Of a DNA stretch of 64,000 nucleotides, positions 29,600 through 46,224 are shown in pieces. This stretch comes from the human T2T-CHM13v2.0 reference genome, Homo sapiens. The notes under the pieces were generated by a model. The model did not search any database. It had not been told where the DNA came from and saw only the letters and a list, made by a program, of their open reading frames with translations. How positions within the stretch are numbered: position 1 is the first letter of the stretch; each line of letters opens with the position of its first letter. Both the position numbers and the translations under genes were made by a program. The DNA is taken from NCBI RefSeq assembly GCF_009914755.1, contig NC_060942.1. One strand, written 5' to 3'.

Positions 29600-29800
29600 G
29601 AGATTTAAGGCAGAGCATATGATGTGAGTCCCCATTGGTTGTGGTCAAGTCATGTAACCTAACAAGCATCTGTTTCCTCATCTATAAAGTAAGAATTCAT
29701 AAGAACACCCAAGCTATGTACCTCAAAAACTGTTTCTATAAATCTAATCATATAATACACTAGTAAAAGTATTTTATGAGTTGTACAAATATCAAAATTC
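29600..29800 (+). mobile_element. MIR
   Basis: ctgtttcctcatctataaagtaag core. Confidence 0.6.
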
Positions 29801-30399
29801 AGTTATGAAACAATCTGTTATTTTTATTATTACTGATACAAAACCATGCTCAGATAGTTTTAGGATTCCCTAGTTATTTCCATTTACCACAAAGATGAAA
29901 TCTTTCTAATTGTATAATTTGTATAGGCACCTATGAGCTGTTTAAAAAATAAATGTTGTCCAACCACCTGTGATAAAAATGTCTGCGGAAAAGACTTCCA
30001 GATATTCATTAGCCCTAAATTGAACTTCAGTTTGTTTGGCTTTCTTTTTTATAATATTTTCTTAAAACATGTGGTCTCTTAAAATTTTTATCATGCAGAG
30101 AATCATGAAAAAATGATATATGAGGTATCTAGACAACACAGCATAGATTGTCCCTTTGAATGGCAGAGAGAGTCGGCAGTTTCTTTTAAGTCCCCATTGT
30201 CTAATCTTAGGCACAACCCAAATTAGAGTTGTGGGTTGCAAAGGATTCTCAGAAAAGGGTGTGTTCCCCAGCCTCCTAACCAACCATAGTAGATCCAAGA
30301 GGAAAGTACTTTTTGGTGGGAAGGTACTAAAAGGAATGAGCCTCGTACTAGTCCAGCTTGTTTCCCAACCTCAGCAACATGGAAAAGAGCCACGGGAGT

Positions 30400-30945
30400 G
30401 ATACACAATAAACACATACACTCACACAAATATTATTTAGCCTTGAAAAAGAAGGAAATCCTACCATTTACAACAATATGGATGAACTTGGAGGATAATA
30501 TGCTAAGTGAAATAAGACAGACACAGAGAGACAAATGTTGCATGATCTCACCTATATGAGGAATCTAAAATAGTTAAACTCATAGAAGCACAGAGTAGAA
30601 CAGCAGTTGCCAGGAGTTGGGGGCTGGGGGAAATGGGGAGTTGTGGTCAAAGGATACAAAGTTTCAGTTATGCAAGATGAATAAGCGCTGGAGATCTACT
30701 ATACAGTATAGAGACTATGGTAAATAATCCTGTATTCTATATTTGAAATCTGCTAAGAGGGTAGATCTTAAGTATTCTGACCATATCAAAAGAAAAGTAG
30801 CTTTAGGAGATGATGGATATGTTAACTAGCTTGATTGTGGTTTGGTGATCACTTCACAATGTATGGGTATATCAAAACATCAAATTGTATACCTTAAATA
30901 TAGATGAATTTATTTGTCAATTATACCCCAATTAAGATGGGGAAA
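30400..30945 (+). mobile_element. L1MA9-like 3' end
   Basis: ggatacaaagtttcagttatgcaagatgaataag, gctaagagggtagatcttaag. Confidence 0.88.
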
Positions 30946-30974
30946 AGAAGAAAAAGAACTCCATTCCCATCCAT

Positions 30975-31215
30975 AGGGAGCATGTGCAGTGTGTAGATTA
31001 AGAATTGGGCTTTAGGATTGCTTATTAACTATGTGAGATTGTGACAAGGACAATTTACTTAACCTCTCTGTGCCTTAGTTTCCTTATCTGTAAAATGGAA
31101 ATAATAACACAACTCTCAAAAAGATGCTTGGAAGATTTAATAAGGTAAAATGCATACAGAATTAGCAGCATGCCTGAAACATGGTAAGAGTTCAATAAAT
31201 GTCTGTTACTACTAA
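30975..31215 (+). mobile_element. MIR (near full-length)
   Basis: ttacttaacctctctgtgccttagtttccttatctgtaaaatgg core. Confidence 0.85.
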
Positions 31216-31974
31216 TGTTACTAATCATAGCAATAAATTTTTTTTATTTTATTCCCTTTCAGATTTGAAGATTACAGAGCCTTAATATTTCCCAAGTTGA
31301 CAATACAGTAAGGAATGTTCAAGAGTTCTTTCTGAGACATCCTTTTTTGCCTGGAAGTCCACATACCCATCAATGACCTTGATTTTAACATATTGGAATA
31401 AAAATTATGTCAAAGTTCCAATAGAATCATTTATCAGAATGCTTTAATTCTGAAAGAAAACCTTCAGTTGCATTATTTCTCTTTTATTAAATAGCAAATA
31501 ATAACAATTTAAGCCATTAATCCTAGTGAAGGCCAATGAACACTGTTGTTTTGCTACCAGATTTTAAGCTTTTGCAGTTTTGCCTTTAAGTTACTTAAAA
31601 GGTCTCATATCTGATTATAGAGAACCACTCCATTAAGTCCTAGACACTAGCTAAGAGCACTAGGCCATTTTCTACCCATGTCCCGAAGGGTATAAAATAC
31701 CACTTTCTAGGCACGAAAGAGACTCCTTACAAATCAATCTTTCTAATGCTCTTGTGTCATTTTCCCCCATGGGGTCACATCTGATTATCCAGGCCAAAGA
31801 ATATACCTGATTAAAAGCTGCTTTGAAGGTGAAGCCTAAAATTATTGTTATAAATTTTCAGGGTTACTATAAAGCTGTAAAAACCTTTTGTTTTCACTGT
31901 AAAAAGACCATTTTCCCAGTTTTTTATTTGTCGGTACTCTCTTGGCCATAACAAATGGAAAAATTCATGTAATT

Positions 31975-32280
31975 TCAATTATTTATTCACTCATTTATTA
32001 AATTTATTTTTTCAATCATTCATCTTATGTTGATTGGTGTTCTAGACAATGTGTAAGTTTGGGGAATATAAAATTGAACAAGAAGCAGCCCTTATGGATT
32101 ATATGATGTTCGAGACACATCAACAAATAATTGCAATATAATCTTATACATGCTTAACAAAAATATGTACCAAGTTGTAAGGAAGCTCAGAAGAAGTGAT
32201 CATTGTTCCTGGAGGAGTTGGAAGAAATTTCACTGAGCAGTGAAATGAAGTTAGTACTCATGACGAGTAGAAGTAGAATT
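31975..32280 (-). mobile_element. L2 3' fragment
   Basis: attcactcattt tail, aacaagaagcagccct...aaataattgcaata. Confidence 0.5.
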
Positions 32281-32811
32281 GGGGAACACCATTAATTACA
32301 AATTAAATGAGTTAATATATAGAAAAGAATTTAAACTCATGATTGGTACATATTAAAGTGCCATAGAAGTGTTAGCTGACATTAGCATTACCATCACCAC
32401 CATCATTATGCAGACAATAGGAGTCATTAGAGTGCTTATCAGTACCAATCTCTCTTAAGTGGTGACTGTCTGTGCTGACTTATTATTGTTACCTTCAACA
32501 GGTTCAAGTTCCAAAGATTCTGTTTAACAAAAATCCAGCAACATCAAGGTTAGGCATGAATAATAATCACCTAGCCTACTTGAGTGTAGCACATTTTCTT
32601 TGTCCAACTAAAATACTGGGCCAAAAGTGAAAAGTTTGTAGTAAGGGAAAAAGGTAGGTGAGATTAAGGCTAAGCTATCCTATGTTTAAATTATAAGTTA
32701 AAGAATTAAAGAATGAGTCCCCTAAATTTTCCTAGAACACTGTTAATGTGCTTGGAAGTTTCATCTCTGGATTACTGATGGCGGCAGCAGGGGAATATCA
32801 GTTACTGGCAA

Positions 32812-33185
32812 TCCATTAGTCAGCATAAGATAGGTTATGCTGCAAGATCAACAACCATGATCTATCAATGGATTAACACACAGCAAGTCTACCATGAGTC
32901 TAGAGGCTCTTCAGCATAGCTCCCTTCAAAACGATGACTCAAGGACCCAGTCTAATTCCTTGTTATAGCTACACCATCTAGAACACATGGATTCCGGGTC
33001 ACCACAGTGAAGAAGAGAGAACTGGAGTATCACATACCTGTTAATAATGCTTTCTCCTAGAAGTGAACTATATCAATTCTATTTCTACGTCCAACTCACT
33101 GACCATAGCTAGTCACATGATCCCATTTCATTATATGGGTATTAGGAAATGTGTATGGGTATTTTGTGAGTAGTGTTTCTGCACA
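32812..33185. mobile_element. MLT1-type LTR
   Basis: attagtcagcataagataggttatgctgc, gactcaaggacccag, gctagtcacatg. Confidence 0.6.
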
Positions 33186-33412
33186 ATCAGTCACAATGAC
33201 TAAGCTAGGTCTTACATGTACAGGCAGAAGGGGAAATTGGGGAGAATGCAGCTGCTGTTTTTTCCCTTGTGAATGCCTTATATTTGTTACCTTCACTCTT
33301 CTCAGTAAACTGAAAAATCATTGATTTTTTTTTTTTAAATTGTACTCCCACCACTTAGACCACTGCTGACATAAATAGGTGTTGAATAAATAAGAGAGCC
33401 AGTACAGCTTAC

Positions 33413-33525
33413 CCACATTGCTGCAAGATGACTGAGAAGTCTGCTACCAGGATCCCATTCCAGTGATGAAGCTGATTTCATTATTAGAAATGTAGATAAA
33501 TTCATTTTGTCATTTGAGGAATTAC
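33413..33525 (-). other. Candidate 113-nt exon
   Basis: Acceptor ttttgattgctgttccctcag|GTAATT and donor TGG|gtaagc, in non-repeat DNA. Confidence 0.35.
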
Positions 33526-34497
33526 CTGAGGGAACAGCAATCAAAATGACACAATCCTTTCATTGTTTACAGAAATGAGCCAATATTACTTGTCTCTACA
33601 CTGTACATTAAACTACCTAACACTTCACTTAGCATTTCATCCGCACAAGGGTTCCTTGTCTTTTTCAGTGTCCTGCTAGAAAGTCTCCTTTTTGCCCTAT
33701 AAATAATTTATAAGGAAAAAAAGAAACAGTTCTTATGTTATTTCCTTCAAAAAATTTTAATTGATATTAAAGAAAAATATTTAATTCAGTTATTCTTATG
33801 AAAAAATTATATTCTTTCACCTTAAATATTTCCTGTGTCATGTTCTTTTTGTTGTTTAATTTCTTATCTCTCCACTGAAAAAAAACTTGAGAGCCACTGT
33901 TCTCCATATCTTAACCTTTTCCATTTTCCAGGCCTTAGAATGATGTCATTGTGGGTAACTACATCTTTACAGCTTTTAAACAGCACCTTAATTGCCAAAG
34001 GAAAACAATCCTTTTATTTTTAACAAAGACATACATCATTCCCAAGCACAATGCCTGGAATATAATATTTATTCAAATGTGTCCAAGTCCTAATTCTCAA
34101 AACTCTCTAGAAATGGCACCCAACTGGAGATCCAAAAAAAACCCAGTTGATATAAATAAAGTCCAATCATTATTTTTATCTATAATTCATCAAATTATAT
34201 TCCCAGATGGCTCACCATCACATCCATTTAAAATAACAAATGATTTAAAGTCATAATGCAAATAGATTTATTGATTTCAAGATTTCATCAAAGCATTTAT
34301 CTTAGAATTTAATCAATAGTGCTACTTGGTGAACAGCTCAATCCAATAAAATCTGTATGTTGCAATTAATTCAGGTCTTGTAATGCCACTTTCCACTGAT
34401 AATAAAGAAATCTTGATGACTCATAATGCATGGGTGTTCTCCATAGCCAGAGTCCTCTAGGCCAGCAGTTTTTCAATATGCTATTGGAACAGACTAG

Positions 34498-34909
<412 letters not shown>

Positions 34910-36849
34910 ATGTCCTTGTATCTTTTGCACTCACTTGCTTTAGCTATGTGAGAACTGTGTATAAGCACAGCTTATCCTGAATAGCAGTCCACAATTTGCT
35001 GATACAGTATAATGTTAATAGTTGTAACAACTGTCCACTATGATGTATGAAAAACTACTGAGAATTTCTTCAACATCTGGGTATTCACATGGAAATCTAT
35101 CATATGTGTATATCATAGATATGGCGAGAGGGAATATTCCCGGTTCTCATTTTCTGCTACATTTAGTCTAAAGCAAATGTGATTTTTCCCTTGGCTATAC
35201 CTCTGTGATATAACGTTTTCATATTCAGTAACTTAATAATTCATATCTAAAATGTCAAGTTAATAACTTAGTCTCTCTCCTCTACTGAAACTATTTTTAA
35301 AATAATTTAATTTCTGTCATTAATTGTACATCCCATTCACTTGCATGAAACTACTAACCCAAAGCCCTCTATTAATAATGCAAACATTCTGCATCTATTT
35401 CCAACAGCAAACAGAAAAATAGACAGCATTTCAGTTCAAATATATCAATTCAATGATTTTTTAAAAATCCCAAATGCCCATTCATGACTCTATGTTATGT
35501 CAATATAAAATTGAAACCACAGCAGCATCATGGAAATATACTGACATAAATAACACATTTCTTATGAAGTACAACACTCACTCTTATGCAAAAAAAGTTA
35601 TAGGAATTCAAATGACTTATTTAGGGAAGAAAAAAAAAGCCCACAGTGGTATTCCTTAAACCAATAATACACTTTCAAATACATCTAATAGTATGCAAGA
35701 TCCCTTAGCCAGCTCTGATAAGTGCCAAATGCAGTTTGACCATTTATTTAAAATACTGTTCTCCATATTTTTATAGCAACATTCTTCCAATTGACAGGTC
35801 AGAGAAAATGGCTAATATGCAATATATGACCACATAACTTACATGAATTTCTCTAATTAGTGCCAAACTGTTTTCAATGAGTCTGTGTGTGAAAAAAAGA
35901 AATATTTATGTAATTTTAAATTGTCCTAAAGCAAAAAAGACTCTAGTTGCAAGGAAGTATTATATGATAGTGTTTTAATAAAAGCCAATTGAATAATAAA
36001 AAGAACTCCCAACACATCTGAAATCACTTATATCTCCTATTCCATATACAAAAGACAGATAAATCAATGTAAAGTTTATTTTATTTGAAATACAAACCAC
36101 TTCCAAGCAGAGTATTCATCCAGAATGAATATTTATAAAAATTCTCTATTCTTCAAAAAATATATGTGTTTATAATGTCAAACTTTGCCAGAATCCTTAA
36201 CTTTAAGGCTTATTAGTTGAACATTTTCTCACAACTTTGCTTGGGAGAAAAAGATTGGCTTATAAAAAATGCTTGAGGGTTATTTATAACTATTTTAGAA
36301 AAGCTAGTTAATAAAGATATTAAGTAAAAAATTCACCTAAAATCCTTTCCATGTTACAAAACGTGTTCTTAAATCATCTTTGTGGAGTTTCTAAAATAGT
36401 TTGATAGATAGACAAATGTCTATTTTTATTTCTGCTTAGCGTGTTTATAAATTGATAACAATTTATTTTATTTTATGGCCATTCAAATTTTAAATATATT
36501 CTGATTATAATCAAAGTGGCAGAACATGTAATAGTTTAAAAGAATAAATAATAAATGCAATTTATAGAAATATTGACATTAAAATTTTGATGATGATTAT
36601 GATAATTGTCACATAAAACTTTACACAGAAAAATTATAAGAGCACTCAGGCCAGCCACTGGTTTTGACAATGTAATACAAAAATAGAATAGAATAGATAC
36701 TTTGATATTAATTCTGGTATGCAATTTTATGTGGTTTGTATCTCTGGGACTTTGTACCACCTAGAATCCCTCCCAGCCAGCTGTTTGTAGCCCAATTATC
36801 TCAGTCCGGTTATCTCGTTCATGAAACCTCCAGGACTGGGTCTGAGGCT

Positions 36850-37035
36850 TCCCAGCTGTTCCCACGTATCCCATGTCTATCCCACTGCAGCACTCACCAC
36901 ACTGAATCATAATTGTCTCTTCATTTGGGAGTATATACCCTTAGCTAAGATTCTTGATGGCTGAGGCTAGGTTTAATTTCTTATGTATTTCTGGCTTCTG
37001 TAATCTAGTAGATGTTCAATAAATAATTGCCAATT
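36850..37035 (+). mobile_element. L2 3' fragment
   Basis: cagcactcaccacactg...tagtagatgttcaataaata. Confidence 0.55.
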
Positions 37036-37701
37036 ACTACTAAATGGATGTCTACAAATATACAACATAAGGACTAGCACTTGAAAAACACGTAAACAAT
37101 TTATTTTAGTATCAAGAACATATACGTTTTGCCTGGAAATGATAGTTCTGCCACCACACATCCAATTTAGAAGCCTGGCCAAGGGCTTAGGGAAAACAAT
37201 ATTATTTTGTTAGTATTCTGCCTGTTTAAACAATCTATACAATAGATTCCATACAATCTGCTTATAAACCTCATTTTTCTATGTATCTTAACAAAAAAAA
37301 AGTCATAAATTATAATTGTGTTGCTTGTTCTTTCATTTTAAGTACCATTTCATTTCTTAGCCTTAGTACCTCTCAGTGACTATTCCAAAATGCTGACATC
37401 CTTTTTGGGTCCCTAATTAACCCCCCACATCATCTTTAGTAGATGCCCTTAACTCCTTAAATTTGGTCTTCAACTCTGCCATTCCCTTCCATCCCCTCAA
37501 ATTTTCTTCTTCTGATTATTCCCTTATCTCTTTCCCTCAAGCCTAAAATGGAAAGGTACCTGCTTCTGGATCTTGGACCCCACATCCTTTTACAATTTCT
37601 GGTCTTCCTCCATCAGTTAGAATTATTAATGTTAATCTTACTGGTTCATATGCATTCTAGTCTGTATTTTTTGTTAGGTCTTTATTTTCCCTCTTAAAAT
37701 A

Positions 37702-38324
37702 TAGTCAATTCTCATTATTCATGAGAGTTGTGTTCTATAAAGCCACCATGAACACTGAATTAGTAAATCCTGAACCATTGTTCCTAGGGGAAATACAGAG
37801 TTAGGTCCCAGCAAGCTTCTAACCACAACATTTTCATCAACGGATCAATACATAACCTTGTTTTTCTGTTTCTGTTTAAAAACACCTTATTTAATATATA
37901 TTGCTGATTCATGAGCATTGAGCTCACAGCCAGTAGTTCTGTAACTAATGCCTGAAGCAAAACTGACACATATATTTTCTCTGTAAAGCATATTAAAGCT
38001 TTCTTGCACTTAAGAACACCAAACAGCACTTTAGCACTATGCTTGGAGGCCACTTCACACAGCAAAATTATTAACAAAAAGCACAAAAGTGTAAAAAACA
38101 TGACACTAAATAGACCACTAGAAGGACACTTGTTTACAGCATAAGAGCTGAAGCAAGAAGGCAGACATCACATTGCTCACTCAGCTGGGAACATGTGCAT
38201 GTGATGGCTCCATTTTTTTTCCCACTCTGCACATGTCCATGAGTGACCAGAAAACACTGCAAGTATTAATCTGGGGTTATAAATAAATGTGAAAATATAG
38301 AATCTGAGAATAATGAAGATATTG
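37702..38324 (-). mobile_element. MER82 (TcMar-Tigger)
   Basis: Degenerate TIRs (tagtcaattctcattattc / gaataatgaagatattg); internal cctaggggaaatacag, ggacacttgtttacag. Confidence 0.85.
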
Positions 38325-39289
38325 TAATACATGCTTATGATAAAAAATATATATCGCTAAGGTTCCTACTTGAGTCTAGGATACTCCTAGTTTCTACCTC
38401 AGATCAATAATGTTTGGGAATTCCTTATGTTGGAAAAGGAAGTGGGTTTACAAGGAGCCAAGTTCTGTGTAAGCACACAGGGAATTATGCCAGAGATATT
38501 TGGGTTTCTACTCTTAATGTAACTGTATCTTTATACACAGGCAAGTGAGGTCTAAAGAAATCTGGTTTCAGCAAGAAAAATACAAACAAGGAAATGAACA
38601 TTATCTATAATCCCATATACTTCTTTTCAATCATTTTCTACATGTTTTTGCCATGGAATCACACAATGCACACATAAAATTGAGTCTTGTGTTTTTGCTT
38701 TATCACTGAAATTTTTCCCATTTGGTTCTCAGGAGTAGTTGATCAGAGACTTGCTTTGTAACATCAAGTATGGAGAAGAGTGAATGGTAAAGTTACTCAT
38801 GCAAAGAAAAGGCAAACTCAGTAACATGTCCAGGCCCTGTCGAAACACAAGATCAGCCATACAACCAGGCTCTATCAAGATTAGAACATAATTACAAACT
38901 ACAATGTCTTCCAGCATTCAAGGCAGCACTAACAACTACTTTGCTGTCCCTTCAGTGGCAGAAATGCATTATCTCAATTAGTGGGCACCATTATTTGACT
39001 CAACTACTCACTATCTGAGAATATTCTACTCTCACAACTAAACTTTCACTCTGTTGTTTGCTCTCAACCTCTTGAGAGAAATAATACAATTATCTATTAA
39101 TCACTTCAATGATTTTGAACAGAATTTTTACTCCATAGCATCTTACGGGCCACTGGCAAATCGATACACGGCATCAGCTGCTCACTGAGGCCCATCATCT
39201 CTCAGTGTGCTGGAGCCACATGGTACTGGTCTGGTGACCCAGGCACAGTATGCAGAAGCCACACTGTAAAAAAAGTTATGGACCCTAAG

Positions 39290-41670
<2,381 letters not shown>

Positions 41671-41756
41671 AGAAAAAAAGTGGGGAGGAACATCTTGAAA
41701 GGGCTCCTGGGTATGACAAATATTTTGAGCTTGTCTAACCTATCCAACATAAAAAT

Positions 41757-41791
41757 ACATGTACCCTAGAACTTAAAGTATAATAAAAAAA
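41757..41791 (+). mobile_element. Extremely 5'-truncated L1PA 3' tip
   Basis: acatgtaccctagaacttaaagtataataaaaaaa matches the terminus of young L1PA. Confidence 0.75.
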
Positions 41792-42089
41792 CATATATTT
41801 TAAAAACTCAATAATTTTCACCTGAATATTCTTACAGCAGCCAATGGAAATTTTCTCAATGTTGAGTATGTAAGTAGTTACCAATTTTTTGATGCTAAAA
41901 TTGTACAAATCTCTGTTCATTTTATTTTTAATTAAATATTTAAGATACAATTCTAATTGTGGAGTTTAAGTTATGGAAAAGTGCTCAAAGCATTTAAAAC
42001 TAGGATAACATTCTAGAAATGAAAGTTAAAGGATGTAGTATATATATTTTAAAACCTTTAAAACTTCCCATTTACCTTCTAGAATTTGA

Positions 42090-43120
42090 GAGGTTGAGAT
42101 TAATTCTCCGTAGTTTCTATCTTTCCATATCTACTGGGTCCTTCCTCCCAATCTATAAAAATATTCATCTTTCTGACACTTGAAAGAAAAAAAACGCTAT
42201 GCTTCCCACTGAATAAATTGCCCTCTTAGTGCTCTTTCTTTTCACAGTCAAGATTCCTGAAGAGGGTAGCTCATGCTCGTTGCCCTACTTTTCTACTCTT
42301 CATTTACTTCTCAACTCATGACAATCTACTGTCTGTCACCAGAATGTGCCTTCACTAAAATCAACAAGACTTTGTTAATTTCTGAACTCAAAGTTAATAT
42401 TTCCATTAACTTCCTTGACTTCTCTGCAGCATGTGACCCTATTAGTCATTCGCCCCCGTAACTGTCTCCTCTTTTCACTTCCATGGTAACATTTTCTCAG
42501 CTTCACCCCCAGCTTCTCTGACCATTCCTCCTTAATCTCCTTGCCAGCTCCTCTACCTCTACCTACCCCTTAAATGTTAGTTTTCCTTAGGGTTCTAACC
42601 ATTGCCTCTTTTTCTTCTCTTTCTATATCTGTACTTCTCAAACTGAATACACAGAATAAACATAGATAATTTTATCTGAAATTTTTAATTATAATCAGTA
42701 GTAATCAAAACATTACTTTTAGATTAGAATAAATAAGGATGTAGCATAGGAAAGAATGCAAAATTTGCATGGAGAAACAGGGAAGACACCCTAAGTGCTC
42801 GCTGTCACTCATTACATCCTATCACCCAAGAAGCTGTGACAAAGTCAGCTCCTTAAAATTTCTCAAATGTTTCTTTTCTTCTCCGCTTGCTTTAGTCTAT
42901 GTCTTTGTCATTTTTTACCTAAACTACTGCAGTAACCTCCTACCTTGTGCCTCATTTGCCAGTTTAGCCCTCCCATCATCTTTCACACTTTAGCCAGAGG
43001 TTCTTTTATTGAAACATATAACTGTGCTGCCTGAAAACCTCAGGTGGCGCCCTAGCTCTTAGAGACTGAAGTCCAAACTCCTAAAGGTGTGATCTGGTCA
43101 CTCACCATTCCACCTTCTTT
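42090..43120 (+). mobile_element. L2 fragments
   Basis: cttgacttctctgcagcatgtgac, ccccttaaatgttag, acctaaactactgcagtaacctcct, gtccaaactcct. Confidence 0.7.
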
Positions 43121-44582
43121 CCTTCATTCATTTGGCAGCATATTTCCTCCAAGTAGCCACACAGTGGGAGAGCTGTGAAGATACATTGTCTTCTCTGCCT
43201 GCGTGGAGAACGTGTGGATCAGGGTGGCTCACGTCCTCCTCCCTCTCCCGGCGCCCATTTCTGCAGGAGAATGGTTACCTAACATCATATCCCAGTTGAA
43301 AAACTGAAGTCCAACAGAAAAGGGGACTCACAAAGATTTTTACCTAAAAGCATGAAGATGAAAGGGAGCTTAAAGTCCATCAAGTCCGAACTCTACATTC
43401 TATAGCCAAGGAACAAGAGACCCAGTAGAGGCAAGAGGCTTGTCCAAAGTGAGACAAGATTCCAAGAATAGGAAAATTTCCCAAGCAAAATTATTGCTCT
43501 CATTTTTCCAAAGGGGGAAGAAAAGCATTTGTATAAAAGTGTGTGTTAAAGTTCCTTCAAAAAGGCAAACAAGTCAAGTTTGACATAATTTATATCTGTC
43601 TACGCAAAATGAAGTAGCTGTCTGAATACTTTGTGCCAAAAATAGATTTGGCCTAAGTGTCCAGGTAATTAGAGCTTGGTAAAATGTTTTTGCTTGAATC
43701 ATCTAAATCATTGCCCTAGTTCTTTGCTTTACTTTAGAACGTGGACACCATTGCAAGGTGCAAACTTAAAATGCTGTACCTTTTAGACAGATACCTCAAT
43801 CTTTAGAGCTTATTAACATTTATATTTCAATATTAAGTCTCCAGAGCCTAATCTGGTAGCAGATGGAGGCCAAGATGTCTAAGAAAGGGAACATATTAAA
43901 AAGTTACAGACCCATCAGCAAACTAAACCTAGAAAAACTTCTATAAAATCTATGACTTGACTATGAACAGCAATTCTAACTTGCTGAACTAATAGCTCCC
44001 AGTCAGCTAACTTGCCTGCTCTTATTATCTTAACACATCAGGAAAGTTTCCAAAATTGCCATGCAGGTCATCTATTCATTCTGTCATACATAGCAAAGAA
44101 CAGTATGCCTATACAGAAAATACCTCATTCATCTTCCATCTGTCCCCTACCCAAACATCCAGGACAGATTATATTCTCTTTTATTTTTCATATCATTTAA
44201 GAAAAGGTCTAGTGCATTTTAAATAGTCAAGAGCAGCATTCCTTCATCTCTGGGATGGTGGGGATGCTCTGCTTCTAACCTTTTAGTTCAGTGCTGCATA
44301 ATATAATAATAAAGATCATAAATGTTTAGTGTCTCTTCATCTGAAAGTAAATGCCTTGAGGGCTTTTATTCATTTTTATTTTATTTCTGAAACATTTCAA
44401 GCTTACATACCAGAATAGAAGAAATAAAAATAGACTTCCATGTCCCTACTACCAAGATTGAACATGTTATTTCTGTGATATTTGCTTTAACCTCCATCCT
44501 CCATCCATCTAAGCCTTTCTCTCTCACTTTTTTCCTTCTTCCACAGAAGTAGACTGCCATTATGTTTATGAGTCCTATGAAC

Positions 44583-44688
44583 AAGGAGAAGGGGCAAGAT
44601 GGGCAGCAGCAGAAGGAGGAGGAGAATGAAAAGGAAGAGAAGGAGCAAAAGAAGGAAGAAGGGAGGAGAGAGAAGAGCAAGAGGAGGT
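44583..44688 (+). repeat. GA-rich low-complexity tract
   Basis: About 100 nt nearly all purine on the + strand. Confidence 0.85.
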
Positions 44689-45144
44689 GTTAAGTATTTT
44701 CCAGATTTTTTACAATGAGCATATACTATATTACTCTTATAATAAGAAAAAAATATTTAAAATAAAAATTAAAACTACAATATTATCTTCTTATTTCAAG
44801 GAGTGCAGATAGAAAATATTCCTGAAAGATCATTGTCTATCGCAATTTAGGAAAATATGTGTAGACAGACCTGGTTCATGCTACATGAGCAGGCAGTGTA
44901 GAGTCAGGGCTGCTCCCACCACTATGAATGTGTTCCACCCCTCCAGTGGGTGATGGATGAGGCCAGCACTCTCCCTCCATTCACTCAACGTCCAGGTGAA
45001 GGAACTCCTGATGTCACTGTTGTTACAAAGCACACAGTCTACACCAACATTACATTGCTAAAATGTGTTACAGGCCATCGTTCCTTTAGATCAGGAAAGT
45101 AGGAGGCCATTAGCAACCTTGGTGAAAGTAGTTTCAAAAATTAG

Positions 45145-45670
45145 TTGAGAGGAAAGATAGTCTGTTCAACAAATGGTGTCAGAACATTGGACAATCATAG
45201 GAAAAAACCTTGACCTAAACTTCATGTAGGAAAAAAAAAACTTCATGACTTGGAGTTAGGCAAAGAGTTATTAGACATGACACGGAAGACATGATCCCTA
45301 AGAGAAAAAAATCAATGAATTGAACTTTAACAAAATTAAAAACTGTAACTCTGAGAGCAATCCTGTTAAGAGGATAAAAAGACAAGCCACGAAAGGGAGA
45401 AAATATTTGCAAATCATATAACTTATATGGAACTTTATCCAAAACATGTCAAGAATTCTAAACTCAGAATTAAAAAAAAAACCACAGCAATCCAATTTGA
45501 AAGTGGACAAAAGATTTGAACAGTATATGAATGGCAAATGAGCATCCTCAGTATCTTTAGCCATCAGGGAAATGTAAAGTAAAGCTACAAGGAGATACCA
45601 GTGCATACCTGTGAGAATGGTTAATAAAAAAATGCTGATAATACCAAGTTTGGGGAGGATACAGAGCAAA
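45145..45670 (+). mobile_element. Old L1M ORF2 fragment
   Basis: gatagtctgttcaacaaatggtg, gagaaaatatttgcaaatcatat, catcagggaaatg. Confidence 0.85.
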
Positions 45671-45722
45671 TCTGTACTATTTTTACTGCTTTTTATATGA
45701 GTCTTAAATGATTTCAAAATAT

Positions 45723-46016
45723 AGCTGGGCTTGGTGGCTCATGCTTGTACCCAGCACTTTGGGAGGCCGAGGCAGGTGGATCATTTGAGTTCAAGACCAG
45801 TCTGGCCAACATGGTGAAACCCGGTCTCTACTAAAAATACAAAAATACGAAAATACAAAAAAAAAAAAAAAAAAAGCCAGACGTGGTGGCACATGCCTGT
45901 AATCCCATCTACTGATGGAGGCTGAGGCAGGAGAATCACTTGAATCCAGGAGACGGAAGTTGCAGTGAGCTGAAATCACGTCACTGCACTCCAGGTTCCA
46001 TCTCAAAAAAAAAAAA
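45723..46016 (+). mobile_element. AluS with small internal deletions
   Basis: Dimer; expanded middle A-rich linker; degenerate TSD aatgatttcaaaat/attgatttaaaaat. Confidence 0.93.
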
Positions 46017-46224
46017 TTGATTTAAAAATAAAACATTATTTTATAAAATGTGGTGAGAATGGGAGCCTGATTGCAGAACTGATCAGGGAAAGGGAGATGA
46101 GGAAGCTGAGTCAATGAGTGAAGATCATACTGGAAAATTATCTGATCACTAACCTTATAGCACAGGGCCCTGAGCTGTGGACTCTCTTAGCAGGCAAACC
46201 CTGAGGCGGGGCACAGTAGTCAGG

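Noticed and set aside
36061-36090. Tandem AATAAA on the minus strand with a GU-rich downstream stretch
   Set aside because: Expected by chance in very AT-rich DNA; no terminal exon identified
43035-43055. CTCF-like CAGGTGGCGCC
   Set aside because: 5' half of the core mismatched; lies within an L2 remnant
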